Below, in pieces: positions 12,693-30,676 of a stretch of DNA of 64,000 nt. Under the pieces are notes generated by a model. The model was not told the DNA's origin and ran no database searches. It worked only from the letters and a program-made list of their open reading frames with translations. The stretch comes from the human T2T-CHM13v2.0 reference genome, Homo sapiens, in NCBI RefSeq assembly GCF_009914755.1, contig NC_060938.1; one strand, written 5' to 3'. Positions within the stretch are counted from its first letter, which is position 1. Each line of letters starts with the position of its first letter. The translations under genes and the position numbers were made by a program.

Positions 12693-14842
12693 TGTGCCCT
12701 CCCTAATCCTACTCTTTGTTTTACATCATTGTAAAAGTTACACAGACATCTTCATGTCAAGGTGAAATTCTAAATAATACTGTTAATATAACATAGATAA
12801 ATCATGTAGTTAAGTGGAATTTGATGAAAACATTTAAGGCTTAATTTTTTAGACTCACAAAAGCCACTGATCTTACCAGGATATGTCTAAAGAATAACTC
12901 CCCGCTTCTTGACACATGGCTTTTCTGTGTCTTGGCATTCCATCGCAGTACTGAGCAAATGCACCGATCTTTAATGATAAACATATACCAGGATGTGTCT
13001 AAAGAATAACTCCCCCCTTCTTGACACATGGTTTTTCTGTGTCTTGGCATTCCATCGCAGTACTGAGCATCCTGAACCTTGCTTTGTTTGTCTCTGTTGG
13101 GAATCACAGGTTGCATCCAGTCTGACCCAGATTTGCTCTGTAAGGCATGATGGGGGCCAGAGTGGAAGGCTCTAAGAGAGGGGGCAAATCCCTTTTCTAA
13201 AATGCCCTTCGTTCTTATAATTAGAGCACAAAAATTAATGTTACATTTTTCTCTACTTCCAGTGTAATTTAAAAGCATCTATCAATTCTCTGTACGTGCT
13301 TCATGTTAGATTTCCGGTCATATGTTTGATTTTCTTTTTAGAATGGTGTTCATTTCAGATAATTTCAAATCTAAAGCCCAAACAATTTCAATCTAAAATG
13401 TAGGTTTTTCTTACAGTTAGAGAAGTGAAATGTTATATTTTTTCGTTGCATGCATCCAGCACATGCGTTGTAGTCTTGAATTTCCATAATGCTCCTGTGA
13501 GGTGGATGTGAGCTGAGCCTTACAGACAAGAAGACAGCCTCTGACCCTCCTTACATCCTCGTGGTTTTTGTCAGTCAGTTCATGGTAATCACAGTGATTT
13601 CAAGGTGTGGTAAGACAGGATGTGTACCCAGGCCCACCTGACTCCAGAGGCCACTCTCAGTATTTCATAGCACATTGCTTCTCAGGAAACAGGTCATTGA
13701 GGAAATGCAGATGGGTTTGTGACTTACATTTAATTTTATTTATTTATATTTTATTGTATCATGTTTAAATTATTTTTCATCTGGATATCATCACAAAAGT
13801 GTTATTGAAGGCAACAATGGCAAATATATGTGCAGTGCTTTGCACTTATGCAAAGATACAAAGATACACAAAGATTGCGTTTTTCACTATTTAAAGCAAT
13901 TTTCAGATGAAATACAAAGTTTTCTGGGTCTCTTAGTTTAGTCAAGTACTTGGAAGCTCTGAACAGTGGTTATTTAAGACTCTTTTTGTACAATTTAATT
14001 GCAGGCTTTCCTAATCTCTGTCAGACCTTCACCTTTATGACCTTGCCTTATCTACCAGAACACAGATCCCTCTTACTAAAGGTAGCATTGTGCTACAGGC
14101 CCTAGCAGGGAATGTTTTCAGGTCTGGGACCTCTCTAATCAAAACTGTCACAAAGATGTCATTGGCACAAAGACGTTATTTGTCATCACTTTCTAACCAG
14201 CCCTGGAACTGGACTCTGGCCACAGAGATCCCTTAGGAGACATGAGTCCTTACCATTGCCAATTGCCTGTTCTGTGGGCGATCCTAATTGTTGAATGCAG
14301 ATCAATTAACTTATGACATGTGATAGTAAACATCTATCCAAACTTAGGAGAATATAAGAAGCCAGTAAAAGAGGTGGGTTCCAATTAATTAAAAACAAGT
14401 TGTGTAATGTTAAAAGTTTTAATACTTTGATAATAGTCTGTGCAATGTAAAATAGCTATTAAGCTTTCAGTCTGATCAAATGAACACTTGTCTATAGGGA
14501 TAATTTGATCCTGGTGTATTCACTTGGAGGACAAAATTAAATGAATGATTGCTTTATTGTCTAGCAGGATCTGATGTGTAAAATATTTCTGAAATAATTT
14601 TATCTGTAGTGTTTCTGACACAAGGACTGTGGAAGAAGCTTGTGATAGCCCTTACTCATATAGATTATATATATATGAAGTAAAAATGCATAGCAAGAAC
14701 CTGTCTTTTTCTGAATATAGTTGCTCAGTTAATTTTTTTCTTCTGCATAAGAAATCATCTCGAATATTCTTATGTGATATGTAAAGTGGGGAAGGTGGAA
14801 GATAAACATATAACCCATTGGATTCTCTTTTCCATTATCTAG

Positions 14843-14934
14843 ATTAGATCCTGTGCTGAAAGAGAAGCCAAGAAAAAAGATGACATTCCAGAAGAGGACA
14901 AAGGAAATGTAAAACAACATGAAATCAATTATGT
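14843..14934 (+). pseudogene. FRG1: FRG1-like exon 7 ([31 protein letters not shown])
   Basis: atctag|ATTAGA...TATGT|gtatgt. Confidence 0.94.
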
Positions 14935-15013
14935 GTATGTATGCTTCTCCTTTTAGACCTACAGATTTGACAGTGAAGTGCTTCTCAAAGTGCTTTCAAA
15001 ATAAATTATCTAA

Positions 15014-15165
15014 TTAGCTTGGGATGGTGGTGCATGCATGTAGGCCCAGCTACTCGGGATGCTGAGACAGGAGGATTGTTTGAGCCCAGGAGTTCAAGGC
15101 TGCAGTGAGCTCTGATCACCACTGCATTCCAGCCTGGGTGACGGAGGAAGATCCTGTCTGAAAAA
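15014..15165 (+). mobile_element. Alu right monomer (FRAM/AluJ)
   Basis: Single Alu arm with A tail. Confidence 0.75.
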
Positions 15166-15500
15166 ATGAAAACTGATGGACAAGAAGAGGCAACACAATG
15201 TAGCCTCTAGGAAAGAGCACTGAGCTAAATTCTTTTCTTGAGGGTTCTGTTTTCCTAATCATCCTACCAGCCCCCAAAGCTAGTCACTCGGGTTAGTCAA
15301 TCTCTCTATTCATTCATAGAATGGGCGTGATGCCAGTCAAAGGCTGTGCTATGGCCAGGACACAGGGGACTCCAGCCAGCATGCCCTAATAGAAGTGGGG
15401 CCTTGTGCTACCCAGTCAATGAGTGGCTGTCCTCTTGAGAGGTCACAAAGGTCATCTTGTTGTTCAAAAGCTCCAGCTTATTAAAAAAAAATACAATTAG

Positions 15501-15815
<315 letters not shown>

Positions 15816-15914
15816 TAATAAGTGAAAAAGAAATTAACAGTATTTATAAATTTAATAGTAAATATGTATAATCAGAGTTTGAGGTATTTTTCAATGGAGA
15901 CATTTTCTTTGCAG

Positions 15915-16025
15915 AAAGAAATTTCAGAGCTTCCAAGACCACAAACTTAAAATAAGTAAAGAAGAGAGTAAAATTCTTAAAAAGGCTCAGAAAGATGGAT
16001 TTTTGCATGAGATGCTTAGGGACAG
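15915..16025 (+). pseudogene. FRG1: FRG1-like exon 8 ([37 protein letters not shown])
   Basis: ttgcag|AAAGAA...GACAG|gtagct. Confidence 0.94.
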
Positions 16026-17194
16026 GTAGCTATTTACTTATTTTCACTATTTTCAGTAGCCAATAGAAATGGCATGTAGAAAACCTATATTCTCTTAAAT
16101 TACTGTAGTTTTCACATTTTTGTCTTTATTTCTAATTTATGAGTGTGGCAATATTACCTAGAGAGGACATCATGAGTTTGGGAAAAGACTGTCAAGAAAG
16201 AATATCTAAAAATTATAACCGATTCTAAGTATATACTTTAAGAAATTCAGGTTTGACTCTATCTACTTCATAAATTTATCATTTTCTTTTTATAACTATT
16301 AGAACCGAGTTAGAAAGAAGCAGTTTGACTAATATAAAAATTATGTGGATTCTGTTAGAGTAGTTCAGGTTCCTTAAAGTAAGCATAGATCAACTAAAAA
16401 ACTAAGTATAAAAGCTAAATAAGTGAAATTGAAGCAGTTTTATTGTAAGATTTGGAAGAGTGCAGGATGTTTATCATAGCACATTATTAATATTTATTAC
16501 TCTTCCTATGTAGATAAGTGATGTCCTAGATTTACAACATAGAAAAACAGGTAGAGACGTTTAGCTGTGAGTGTACAAGTATAAATCAATTAAGTGCCAG
16601 ATTTTGATAATCACCAGCTGCTCATTCAAGTCCTATGTTGCAAAGTTACTTTTACCCTTTATTTACATTACTTGATAAAGGCAATGTTTAATTACATATT
16701 TCCTGTTAACTAGCTGGTAGAGTTCATACCTAAAGTCAGTAAATAATGTTAAGAATTTTTTCCAGCTGAGCAAATGAATATGTATCTAGTTGTAAGAAAT
16801 CAAGAAGAGGATATAAAATATAATCAGGATGTGGACTCTAAAACGGAATAAGCTCTGTGTCCTGTAACTTTTTTCACTTGTAATAATACAGCATTCTCAC
16901 CCTGTTAAATGGAAACTTAGAGCACCCTTAAATTCTGGAATAATTAAAATTGCTATTTAGATTGAAAAGCCCTTAGGCAACATTTATTGAATATTAGGAA
17001 ATAATTTTTATAAGATTAGAATCCACTTTATAGAAACCAAATTTAAAAGTATACATTTTTTAATATAAGTGTTGTGGTAATACAATAACCAAAATTGAAC
17101 ACACAGTTTTAAAGCTTTTTGTATTTAGTAGCAGTTGAATACATATGGCATGTTTTACATAGATTAATTTTACTATTTTTCTTTGTTTAAACAA

Positions 17195-17280
17195 GAGAAC
17201 CAAATTGAAAGCCTACAGATACTGAAGATGACTGGAATTTTTGTTTCTGTCTTATCTTTTTGTGTTTTTTTCTGAATAAA
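17195..17280 (+). pseudogene. FRG1: FRG1-like last exon (RTKLKAYRY*) with polyA signal
   Basis: Matches FRG1 C-terminus RAKLKADRYCK; expected acceptor reads acaa; TGA 17223-17225; AATAAA 17275-17280. Confidence 0.85.
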
Positions 17281-18330
17281 CTATTCAGAGGAAATGCTTT
17301 TACAGAGTTCTTGAGTTGTTGTGAAATTATTGTTTAGCTAGTAGCTAGTTTAACCAGGATTAAACAAGTTTAATCAGGATTCTTCATAGATGTACTTTTT
17401 AGCTAACTACAGTTTTTCACATGGAAATGAAACTTACAGTACACACTTAACGTACCACAGAATTTTTTTCTGAATTTCCTGTCCTGAAGCATGAAGTGTA
17501 CTAGAAACCAATTCTTCCTGCGCTACTTGTGGAATCTTTCTTACTGGATCATAATCTTACTTTATTTATACAATAGATGCTTAATCAGTGCCTTTAATAG
17601 GAAGTTAGAAACTCCCAATCCAATCAACAAGGCTTTGATTCCACCTCCTAAGTACTACCCAGATCACAGAAAATCCAAATATCAGAACTAGGGGCTGGGC
17701 AGAGAGGACAAATCATCTATTAGGGAGTAGGACAGAAAGTGGAAACATTACAAAGGAGCAAGTAGGCTCAGAACAGAGGGGAGAGTAGTACTGGGGAAAC
17801 TCTCTACTGAGGACAATTTTGCCACAGTAGATATGTATGTGATGCTTTTGTCCTCGTGGGCTGGAATGGAAGCTGATAAAGAAGTTCAGACGCTACATGT
17901 TGCTTAGGTCTGCTTTGTTGAAGCCTGTCTCTTTCAGAGTTCCTAAACACAATATTCCTGTGGCATCTAATCCCAGTGAGTGCTCCAAATACAGGCTGTG
18001 TATCAGATGCCACGGGAAATTCTGCCTCACGACTAAGGTTGGTTCAAGCATCTGGATGATGTCAAAAGTCCACGTTGTGTGCTGGCCTAACCTGAAATAC
18101 CCTATCTAGTTCTAGCCTTTAAATTCCTTCTGTCACCAAATCTAGAGTTACATGGCGTCTGTACAAGCTAGGTAGCTGAGGCATGGGATCAGCCCTATAA
18201 AGGAGCTTTTGGAGCTTTTGTTGTAGGTCTAGCTTCAACTTGGCACTCCAGTTCCAATAGCTGGACTTTCTCCCATCGTGTGTTCTGATCCTTGGATTGG
18301 GAACAAAGTAACCACTCTGATCCCACAAAG

Positions 18331-18490
18331 CAGTGGTTCCGGTTCCTAACTGGTGACTGTTTTGCCTCCCAGGGGACATTTTTGGTTTTCACAACTGGAA
18401 TATGGTGTTAGAGAGTAGAGGCTAGGGTTGCTGCGAAGCATGTGGCAGAATCCCGTTCCGCTCAGAATGCTAACAGTGCCAAGGTTATGG
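18331..18490 (+). mobile_element. MER20-like hAT fragment
   Basis: CAGTGGTT...TTTGCCTCCCAGGGGACATTT...AGTGCCAAGGTT. Confidence 0.6.
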
Positions 18491-19828
18491 AGCCTTCCCA
18501 CCCAAGGGCTTGGTCTTTTCCTTGGTTTTGCCAGCTCCCTAACCCTTAAACACAACAGTTCAAATCTATATGCATAAGCATCTCCTAGGGACCTGCACGT
18601 TTCCAATATCGACTACTGAGACCCATCCGTAGAGATGCAGGCTTAGGAGGTCTAGGATTGGGCTCAAAATTTGCATTTTAACAAGTACTCCAGGTCATTC
18701 TGAAGCAAGTGATACAAACCACAGAATGAGGAACACCGCCTTCAAGAGACTGAATCTTGCTTCCCAACACTAGCTTGGTATCTGAGACCATCTGCCTGCT
18801 GACTGGCTTTCCTGTCACAAACATTCTGCATGTAGGCACAGTGTGTTCCTGGACTCCATGTCAACCCGTTCACCCTCATGTTCCCTTGGTTCCTCTCCCC
18901 AGTCCAGCGAGCAGAACTGATTACAGATCTTGACAACAGAAGATACAGATTTAAAATAACTTGCCTGTTCCCGTGGACTTTATCCACTAGTGAAGGAGGA
19001 CAAGTGGACAAGGGGAGAGGGTAGGTGGGGGCTCCTTCCCTATTCCTCCCATTCCACTTTATACAAACCCCAGCTAGACCACTGGGAGAGCAACGGAGTT
19101 TAAGAATGACTGCATCTAAATATTGTCATCTGGTCCACTCTTCTTCCATCTTGTACACAAGGATATGAGTTTGTTTAAAGCACTACTGAAACCAAAATAA
19201 ACTCTGGCTTAGCATGCCCCTGACGGATCAGTCTAGTAATCTTATCAAAACCAAGATTACCTAAAAGCACTAACCAAAGGAAAAGCTCCCTCACCCCAAC
19301 CTATGACTGCTCACATTTTTCAGATTGAATCATTTCAATTGTATTTTAAGGTTCATTGACTCTTTACCACCTCCAAGCTGCTCCTGAACACAACTGATTA
19401 TTATTTTTTAATTTTGAAAACTTTCTCACTTCTGGAATTTCCACTTGAGTCTTTGTTATTATTGTAGTTTCTTCTCTGCTGTGATTTACTATCCATTTAT
19501 TTTAAGGGTTTTTGGGGTTTTGATTTTAGTAAGAATTACAATAACTACTTTAAAAATCCACACTAATTCCAACATCTGGGTCGTCTCGAGGTCAGTCTCT
19601 ATTCATTGCCTTTTTCTTTGAATATGTTTCTTTACATGTTTGATATAATGGGATTGAATTCTGAAGATTGTAAAACTAGATTTTGTTTTGTTCCTCTGAA
19701 AATTTTGATAATTTTTTGTTGTATTTGTTGTATTTTGTTTGATTTTTTTTATATACTTTACAATAATTTTCCTCCAATGGTTTTAACATTTCTATTTCTC
19801 AAAATATTTATGTTAAAAATTATACAAA

Positions 19829-20340
19829 GTAGCTTGGTACAGTGGCTCCCATCTGTAATCCCAGAACTTTTAGAGGCCAAGGCAGGAGGGTCACTTGAGC
19901 CCAGGAGTTGGAAACCAGCCTACACAACAAGGCAAGACCCTTTCTCCACAAAAAAATTATTAGGGTGGTGTAAAAAGTAATTGCGGGTTTTGCCATTACT
20001 TTCAATGACAAAACCCGCAATTACTCTTGCACTAACCTGATAAAAAATAAGCTGGGTATGGTGGTGGCGTGTGCCTGTGGTCTCAGCTATTTGGGAAGTG
20101 AAGGCAGAGGGAGGATTGCTTGAGCCCAGGAGTTCCAGACCAGCCTGAGACCCTGTCTCTATGAGAAGAAAAAAAAAATAGCTGGGCCCACGTACCTGTG
20201 GTACTAGCTACTTGGGAGGCAAAGGCAGAGGTGCCAGAATCACTTGAGCCCAGAAGCTCAAGGCTGCAGGGCACTGTGATTGTGTCACTGCATTCCAGCC
20301 TGGGTGATGGAGCACGACCCTGACTCCAAATAATAATAAT
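19829..20340 (+). mobile_element. Cluster of old Alu (AluJ/FLAM) arms interrupted by MADE1
   Basis: Three Alu arms with A-rich linkers. Confidence 0.8.
19960..20040. mobile_element. MADE1 (Hsmar1-derived palindromic MITE)
   Basis: ~80-bp palindrome TTAGGGTGGTGTAAAAAGTAATTGCGGG...CCCGCAATTACTCTTGCACTAACCTGA with TA target duplication. Confidence 0.9.
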
Positions 20341-20423
20341 AATTACAAAAAGGAAAGACCTAGAACACCAGGTTAGAGTTAAGTATTCTAAAATTTAGCT
20401 GACTTACTCTGTTCTCTATAAAA

Positions 20424-20599
20424 CAGGTTGCCACAGAAAATATAGCATGCCCAGTTAATTTGAAATTTCAGATAAACAAATACTTTTCTCAGTGTAAGTC
20501 TATCCCATGCAATATTTGGGACATGATTATACTAAAATATTATTCCTTGTTTATCTGAAATTGAAATTTAACTGGGTATTACACAATTATAGCAGCCTG
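20424..20599. mobile_element. MER53 palindromic hAT MITE
   Basis: CCCAGTTAATTTGAAATTTCAGATAAACAA...TTGTTTATCTGAAATTGAAATTTAACTGGG inverted arms. Confidence 0.85.
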
Positions 20600-21088
20600 A
20601 CCATAAAAGATATGTAGGCTGAACAAAATTATACTTTAAACTTCAAGCTTTATAATAAATGCATTATTAATCAAGAACTATTATTTACTGAGACCTATGT
20701 AGATCCCAATATTTATCTTTTTAAATGTGGAACTAGGAAAGCTACATAAAGAACATTTATAGAAATAAATTACTGCTCTATAGCTGAAAGGAAAACTCTA
20801 GCTTTTATTTTCCTCCCCGAACTTAAGGTTTATTCTACATTTGTATAAACAATAAAATTGCAGCTCAACTTTGGAAGCACAGATCATAATATAGAAATAA
20901 AGCAAAGATCCCAGAAACATTTCACAGGCAACAAATCTTTCACATCATCTTACTATAGCAACTAAACATATAATAACTTAGAATGATCCACTAATTATAA
21001 GTAAAGAATAAATTCTTTTACAAAGCATAACTATTAATATTATTGACCATCATAAGAGCAAATATTTTAAGTAAAACACCATGAATAC

Positions 21089-21344
21089 TTTACAGAAAGG
21101 AGCGAGTTGCAGACACAGTCATTCTTGGATTTCTTTCAACACCAGGCCTTCTTCCCTTTTGACCTGAACTGGGAGTTGAATATTTCCTCTCTTTGCCCTC
21201 TGACCCTCTAGTCTCTGAAGCATCTTTTGTACTAGAGGTATGTGCAGAGACTTCCTGGAAATTTGGATTTGTAAATTGTGCTATTGTATCTTCTAGGCAT
21301 TGCAGTGATCCAGATATAGAGCTGTTGCTCTTGCTTGTATAAGT
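21089..21344 (-). pseudogene. MLLT10P: Single-exon fragment of MLLT10 (AF10) pseudogene
   Basis: Translates TYTSKSNSSISGSLQCLEDTIAQFTNPNFQEVSAHTSSTKDASETRGSEGKERKYSTPSSGQKGRRPGVERNPRMTVSATRSFL*, homologous to AF10 TYTSTSNNSISGSLKRLEDTTARFTNANFQEVSAHTSSGKD...; gt donor retained, acceptor AG missing. Confidence 0.88.
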
Positions 21345-21871
21345 GTAACATTTTGATTCAAAAAAGGAAGTAAAACGATGAGAGTAGATTACATTTGGCT
21401 ACTGACATTAATAATAATAATAATTGCACTTGTAATATAAACATCTGAAAGTTTTAGTTCTAAGAATGTCTGTCCACATAAGAAAATTATGTAAAAATAA
21501 TTAATGTCTATTATAAGTATTCTCTTTAACCAAAGAAAAAGTATAATTTAAAGATGGCTGTTTACAGATCAAATTGCAGCAACTGGTAAAAGTAGATATT
21601 AGTCATATTTATTAAGTGACACACAGTGATACTGAAGGCACTTATTTTGCAAGAAACATCATTTTTTCCCAACAAGAACATACTACATGCAAGACATGAA
21701 ATGAAAATAAGCTTTAATTTTCACCACAGGAGGGCGACAATCAGAGAACTGAGGTGGTACAGATCCATTAGAGGACAATATCCATGAGTCTGTCAGTCTC
21801 TACTGTAGGACAGAGCAAGAATTTTTAAAGAATTTCGGTTAAGGCTCCTTTTCAAAAAAATACAAAGATTA

Positions 21872-23205
<1,334 letters not shown>

Positions 23206-24011
23206 GATGCTAAAAAAATACAAAGATTAAAGCCTTTGAAACATAAATTATTTTTTCCAGTTATTACATTGAGGACAGAGTTATAGTTGCAAAATTAAGA
23301 TTTTTATAACTATCCCTAAAATTGATTCTCAGTGACTCCCTTGATCTACATATGTTAAGGAAAAAGGCAAGATAAAGATGTGTTAAATATTTTCCAGTTT
23401 TTAATAATCAGCTTTAATATAAGGTATACCCAAATAATGGTTAATTAAATGACAATGAAAGTATGTTATAGCACATGCTCACTCATCAACATGCCTTGAA
23501 ATTAAAGGTTTATAAGGTGCATAAGGGCAAAGTTTTTGATGTTGCCATTACATTCACAAAAGTATCTGAGGCACGTACAGCATGAAGTTCACTAAGTGCT
23601 TGCAACATAACCAGCACTAAATTTTGTTGAATAAATAAATGAAACATTTGTATAGCATCTTTTCAAAATCTCTGGTGTAAAAATAAAAATAATCTGAAAA
23701 CCTGCAAAACTGAAATTTCCCACATACGGCTGCCAATTCGTACAAACGATAAGATGAATTCCAAAATGAGAACATGGCAATATAATCAAGTTTAAAAATG
23801 GCTGGTCGTTTTTAGCAAAACCCATGTTCAATAAAAGGAATAAGACATCAAATGTTTTGAGAACCAAAATTTTACTGCTGCTTTTCTAACACACTGTTGT
23901 TAACCTGAGCTCCCATCCTCTTACTGTCTATAACAGATTTTCATCATAAAATACAAGAAACAGGCTGGGTGCCTGTCAATAACAGATTTTCATCATCAAA
24001 TACAAGAAACA

Positions 24012-27500
<3,489 letters not shown>

Positions 27501-27506
<6 letters not shown>

Positions 27507-28205
27507 GTCAAGAAACAACAGATGCTGGCAAGGCTGTGGATAAATAAACACTTTTACACTGTTGGTAGGAATGTTAATTAGTTCAATCATTGTGGAAGAC
27601 AGTTTGGCAATTCTGCAAGGATCTAGAATCAGAAATACCATTTAACCCAGAAATCCGATTACTGGGTATATATCCAAAGGACTATAAATCATTCTATTAT
27701 AAAGATGCATGCACGCGTATGTTTATAGCAGCACTATTCCCATTAGCAAAAACATGGAATCATTCCAAATGTCCATCAATGATAGACTAGATAAAAAAAA
27801 TGTGGTACATACACGCCATGGAATACTATGCAGCCATAAAAAGGAATGAGATCATGTCTTTTGCAGGGACATGAATGAATCTGGAAACCATCATCTTTAG
27901 CAAACTAATACAGGAACAGAAGACCAAACACCACATGTTCTCACTCATAAGTGGGAGCTGAATAATGAGAACACCTGGACACAGGGAGAGGAACAACACA
28001 CACTGGGGCCTGTCAGTGGGGATGGGGAGGGAGAGCATCAGGATAAATAGCTAACACATGTGGGGCTTAATACCTAGGCACCTAGGCGGTGGGTTGATAG
28101 GTACAGCAAATCATCATAGTGCACGTTTACCTACGTAACAAACCTGCATATCCTGCACATGTATCCTGGAACTTAAAATAAAATTTAAAAAAATAAAATA
28201 AAAAG
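27501..28205 (+). mobile_element. Older L1PA (about PA8-PA11) 3' end
   Basis: Second ORF2 end and 3'UTR (GGGAGAGCATCAGGATAAATAGCTAA) with A tail. Confidence 0.85.
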
Positions 28206-28214
28206 AAAACAGAA

Positions 28215-28640
28215 GAGTACAGAAAATTGGCTCACAGTTCCACAGCCTGTACAGCAAACATGATGCTGACATCTGCTCAGCTTCTGGGGAGGCCTCAGGA
28301 CACTTAACAATCATGATGGAAGGGAAAGCAAGAGCAGGAGGAAGAGAGAGAGGGGGAAGGTCCTACACACTTTAAACAACAAGATCTCATGAGAACTCTA
28401 TCACAAGAGCAGCGCTAGGGGAATTATGCTTATCCATTAGAAACTGCTCCCATGGACCAGCCACCTCGCAGCAGGCCCCATCTCCGACAGTGGGAACCAC
28501 TGGAGGCTGCTCCCGTGGACCAGCCACCTTCCAGCAGGCCCCTTCTCCGATACTGGGAACCACTGGAAACTGCTCCCATGCACCAGCCACCTCCCAGCAG
28601 GCCCCATCTCCGACACTGGAGATTACATTTCTATAGAAGT
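28215..28640 (+). mobile_element. MST-type MaLR LTR fragment with internal ~63-bp x3 repeat (28440-28620)
   Basis: GGCTCACAGTTCCACAG...CTTCTGGGGAGGCCTCAGG...AATCATG, typical of MSTA/B. Confidence 0.75.
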
Positions 28641-29496
28641 TTCCAATAATTTTGGAACACATATTAATAACATATTTATAAAAATACAGTCCAAAGTAGC
28701 CCAAACATCACTCACTCTTCTATTTGAAAGTTTTCCCTCTATTCTAATGTCACAATCTCCAGCGTTGTTAATCAGAATCCTGCATTTAAGGGCATCTGTT
28801 AAATTTTATAGCTGATTATAAAACCATCATTTAAAGAGGACCAAAATGAGACAACAATTGTCTGTGGATGACAAAAACATTAAGGGCAGCCACAGTTAAA
28901 GACACGAACAACAGCCTTTAAAGTAGAATTTGCTGTAGAGCCTATTATGTGGGAGATATTTCTAGTTATTACCTCTTTTATTCTAAACCATGGAAAAATT
29001 ACCTATCAAATAAAGTCCTTCTAGAAGAGTGAAGGGCTCCTGGCAATGTTCTCTTTAATCCATGATGTGGGATAAGGGGAGTTTTTACTAATTATGAGGC
29101 AATGTATATACCACTAAAGTTTCAACACCCCAAAAGGAAAAAAAAGGGGGGGAGGGAAGTCCTGGAAGAACCAGATGGAGCCGTAGCAGAAGGTGATTTC
29201 AATCCACTGACCCCTGAATTGTGGGCTGGTTGTGCTGCATCGCTCTGTGACTTATGATTCTGCCACAACAAAGATCTAATTCCCAGGGTTATAGGAAAAG
29301 ACACCTGTGGTACCCCTGAGGCAGAGAGAAGAGAGAAATCCAAACCTGACTTAAGTCTAGGGTTCTTAAACCACACAATCTGCTCACAAGGAGGACCTTA
29401 ACTCTGAAGATACTAATTTGGGGCTGTTTCAAAGAAAGAAATTATAAATATGAGTGGGAAAGAGAACAATCTTCCCCATATCCAGTGGCAAAAAAA

Positions 29497-29881
29497 TGAG
29501 AAAGAGGGAAGGAAGGAGGGAAGGAAGGAGAGAGGGAAGAAAGGAGGGAAGGAAGGAGAGAGGGAAGAAAGGAAGGGAGGGAGGGAGGTAGGGATGGAAG
29601 GAGGGAAGGAAGGAGAGAGGGAAGGAAGGAATGAAGGAAGGAGAGAGGGAAGGAGGGCAGGAAGGAAGGAAGGAAAGAAGGAAGGAGAGAGGGAAGGAAG
29701 GAGGGAGGGAGGGAAGGAAGGAAGGAGAGAGGGAAGTAAGGAGGGAAGGAAGAAAAGGAAGGAAAGAGGGAAGGAATGAAGGAAGGAAAGAGGGAAGGAA
29801 TGAAGGAAGGAAAGAGGGAAGGAAGGAAGGAAAGATGGAAGGAAGGAAGGAGGGAAGGAAGGAAGGAAGGAAAGGAAGGAA
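29497..29881 (+). repeat. Polypurine (GGAA/GGGA/GAGA)n simple repeat
   Basis: ~380 bp almost purely G/A. Confidence 0.95.
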
Positions 29882-30355
29882 CTTGGATATGCACAAAAAC
29901 AAAATGTAAATTAAAACGGAAGTCTATCATCTGACCTAATTGGAAATGTAATATTTTCTAAAATAACTTATACAGTCCAAAGGTAAAAGGGTGCTGATTG
30001 GTATTTGTAACTCTCCAGCATATATTCGAATCAATTTTAACATCTGCTGAAATCTACCAATTGGCATACCTTCACAAACTTAATCAATACTGGAGCTCAA
30101 ACTTTGTTATACCTGAGATTTCACTAAATTTAAACATTGCATCCCCTAATCCTAGCAGAGTAACTGCATCTAGAATAGAGGACACATAGTTATGCCTCAC
30201 ATTTGTTACCTTGAATAAATTTCCCGTAGTCATAGAAGCCTTTGTCCGTAGGGGACCTGGATGCTCTTACCTAATGAGTAACAAATTGATATTAAATCAT
30301 TTGAGCTTACACATTGACTTCACCAAATGTAATCTTACAGAACTCCCTCTCCTGT

Positions 30356-30676
30356 TTTTTTTTATTTGATTTATTTTTAATTTTTCATTTTTTTTAGAGA
30401 TGGGGTCTTGCTCCATTACCCAGGCTGAATGAAGTGCGGTGGCACAATCATAGCTCACTGCTGCCTTGAACTCCTGGGCTCAAGCAATCCTCCCATTTCA
30501 GCCTTCCAAGTAGCTGGGATTACAGGCATGCACCAGCACAGCCAGTTAAAAAAAATTATAGAAGTGGAGTCTTGCTATGTTGCCTAGGCTGGTCTCTAAC
30601 TTCTGGCTTCAAGCAATCCTCCTGCCTCGGCCTCCCAAAGCTCTGGGATTACAGGTGTGAGCCATCGTGCCTAGCC
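30356..30676 (-). mobile_element. AluJ-like
   Basis: Antisense Alu. Confidence 0.85.

Noticed and set aside
29429-29930. PSFL/EGRK-repeat ORFs
   Set aside because: Artefacts of the (GGAA)n repeat.
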